Assembly (NCBI GenBank): GCA_023954095.1
Contig: JAMLIQ010000008.1
Span: 1,827-65,826 of the forward strand
DNA length: 64,000 bases
DNA from: Burkholderiaceae bacterium
GTDB lineage: Bacteria; Pseudomonadota; Gammaproteobacteria; Burkholderiales; Burkholderiaceae_C
Direction of reading: 5' to 3'
The notes below the pieces were generated by a model. That model was not told where the DNA came from and searched no databases. It saw only the letters and a program-made list of their open reading frames with translations. Below are positions 62,224 through 64,000 of this stretch, piece by piece. Every line of letters starts with the position of its first letter. The first letter of the stretch is position 1. The translations under genes were made by a program, and so were the position numbers.

Positions 62224-62305
62224 GGTCGGTCTCCTCGTGAGGGTGTCTTTGTTGTGGGCAGGCGGGCACACGCGGCGGCGCACCCCTCCTGTGCCACAAG
62301 ACTTC

Positions 62306-62320
62306 TCAAGTTGCGTGCCA
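62306..62320 (-). promoter_or_regulatory. Candidate sigma54 -24/-12 promoter of hoxK
   Basis: Minus strand TGGCAC-GCAAC-TTGA (consensus TGGCAC-N5-TTGC); HoxA is encoded in the cluster. Confidence 0.6.
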
Positions 62321-62491
62321 GAACGGGCACATCCTCGGGAATACCCTGAGCGCACACGGCAAACCCGCGCCAGCATTGGCCCTGCGATGTACCACTGCGC
62401 CGCGCCAAGCTGCCCTGCGCGTGCGCGCTGGCTAGCTGCTTGGCAGCGGGAGGCACTAAGTGGAAAGGCCGCTGGCAGCAGCCGCGGGCGG

Positions 62492-64000
62492 CTAGAGCGT
62501 CTTGCGCAGCGTGGCGGTGGGGATGCGCAGCGCCTCGCGGTACTTGGCCACGGTGCGGCGCGCGCACTCGATGCCCTGCTCCTTGAGCATATCCGCCAGT
62601 TGGCTGTCGGACAGGGGCTTGGCCGGGCTTTCGGCAGCGATGAACTGCTTGATGAGCGCGCGCACCGCCGTGCTGGACGCGTTGCCGCCCGTGTCGGTGC
62701 CCAGGCCCGAGCCGAAGAAGTACTTGAGCTCGAAGGTGCCCTGCGGCGTGGCCATGTACTTGGCCGTGGTCACGCGCGAGATGGTCGATTCATGCAGGCC
62801 CAGCTCATCGGCGATGTCGCGCAGCACCAGCGGACGCATGGCCAGCTCGCCGTGCACGAAGAAGTTCTTCTGCCGCTCGACGATGGCGCGCGAGACGCGC
62901 AGGATGGTGTCAAAGCGCTGCTGGATGTTTTTGATGAACCAGCGGGCCTCCTGCAGGCGCTGCTGCAAGGCCTGGTGCCCATCGCCCCCTTTGTGGCCGC
63001 GCAGGGCACCGGCATAGATGTCGTGCACACGCAGGCGCGGCATGACATCGGGATTGAGCTGCACGTTGAAATGCTGGCCGCTGCGACCCACCCGCGTCAC
63101 CAGCACATCAGGCACCACGACATTGCGCTCCACATCGGCAAAACGTCGCCCAGGGCGGGGCTCGAGCCGGGCGATCAAGGCCATGGCCGCGCGTGTGCGC
63201 TCCTCGCTGGCACCACACAGGACAACGAGACGACGCACGTCGCGGCGTGCCAGCAATTCCAGCGGCTGTTGGCAGACACACTGCGCGGTCTGCACGGTCG
63301 CCCGGTCTGCCGCGCCCTCCTGGAGCATCGCCTGGAGCTGCAAACCCAGGCATTCCGCCAGGTCGCGTGCCCCCACCCCGGTGGGCTCCAGGCTTTGCAA
63401 GAGATGCAGTGCCACCGTGAAGCGGTGCACCAGCTCCTCGATCTGTTCCAGGTCGCTCTCGCCCGCCAGCCCCAGGGCCAAGGCTTCCAGAGACTCCTCC
63501 AGATAGCCATCATCGTTCAGTGATTCGATCAGGTATTGCAACGCCGCCCGGTCCAATGCCGACAGCCGCAGCGACAGTGCCTGGCGGTGTAGAAATGCCG
63601 CGAGTGACTCATGGCCATGCGCCAGATCGGCAGCGTCGGCCTCACCCTCACCATCGCTGCTGCTGCCATGGTTGCGCGCGGGAGCGTCACCACCCCATTC
63701 ACCATCGTCCGCAGCGATCTCGGTGGTGCCGTCGCCGCCCCAATCGAGCTCATCGGAGGCACCGGTCGAATCTCCATCATTTTTGCCTTCAAGGCTTGAT
63801 ATGCTTGCGCTTTCAGCTCCTGAATAAATAGCAATTTCAGCAGCAGCATCGTCGCCTTGCGCGGGAACGTCCGACTGCGCCAGGCCGAACTCCTCGCGCG
63901 GAGCGTCTTCCACGCTGCGCTCCAGGAACGGGTTCTCATCGAGCATCTGCTCGATTTCCTGCGACAGCTCCTGCGTGGACAGCTGCAGCAGGCGGATGGA
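62492..64000 (-). CDS. rpoN: RNA polymerase sigma-54 factor; 5' end outside the window
   Basis: [28 protein letters not shown], RpoN box [10 protein letters not shown]. Confidence 0.96.
   Translation of the reverse strand, partial: SIRLLQLSTQELSQEIEQMLDENPFLERSVEDAPREEFGLAQSDVPAQGDDAAAEIAIYSGAESASISSLEGKNDGDSTGASDELDWGGDGTTEIAADDGEWGGDAPARNHGSSSDGEGEADAADLAHGHESLAAFLHRQALSLRLSALDRAALQYLIESLNDDGYLEESLEALALGLAGESDLEQIEELVHRFTVALHLLQSLEPTGVGARDLAECLGLQLQAMLQEGAADRATVQTAQCVCQQPLELLARRDVRRLVVLCGASEERTRAAMALIARLEPRPGRRFADVERNVVVPDVLVTRVGRSGQHFNVQLNPDVMPRLRVHDIYAGALRGHKGGDGHQALQQRLQEARWFIKNIQQRFDTILRVSRAIVERQKNFFVHGELAMRPLVLRDIADELGLHESTISRVTTAKYMATPQGTFELKYFFGSGLGTDTGGNASSTAVRALIKQFIAAESPAKPLSDSQLADMLKEQGIECARRTVAKYREALRIPTATLRKTL
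63769..63834 (-). repeat. Family A repeat copy 6 (in frame inside rpoN region II)
   Basis: Minus strand TTGCTATTTATTCAGGAGCTGAAAGCGCAAGCATATCAAGCCTTGAAGGCAAAAAT. Confidence 0.75.

Overview
GC-rich betaproteobacterial chromosome segment; gene content and protein style suggest Comamonadaceae (Acidovorax/Diaphorobacter-like), which is inference. The left 40 kb holds mostly housekeeping and metabolic genes: a GMC oxidoreductase, 3-hydroxybutyryl-CoA dehydrogenase, ohrR-ohr, an MCP, srkA, htpG, a cupredoxin plus EAL pair, a Crp regulator beside an acyl-CoA ligase/Liv-type ABC operon, arsC-MFS, tag, a WS/DGAT-ACBP-PHA lipid storage group and peptidases. The right 23 kb is an aerobic H2-oxidation cluster on the minus strand directly downstream of rpoN: O2-tolerant group 1d hoxKG-hupE-hoxZ-(HigA-like)-hoxMLOQRTV, hypAB-F(short)/C-D-E-X and the H2-sensing hoxABCJ. 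Four unusual observations stand out. (1) A ~66-bp AT-rich repeat with fixed motif spacing occurs six times, three of them translated in frame inside srkA, an aminopeptidase and rpoN. (2) A 265-bp CTAG-flanked MITE sits in the 5' end of hoxM, and its terminal repeat supplies a new in-frame start. (3) A ~1.6-kb hypC-hypD-5'hypE block looks foreign, and its junction fuses HypF to HypC while removing HypC's essential N-terminal Met-Cys. (4) A second structured repeat family is placed just after stop codons.
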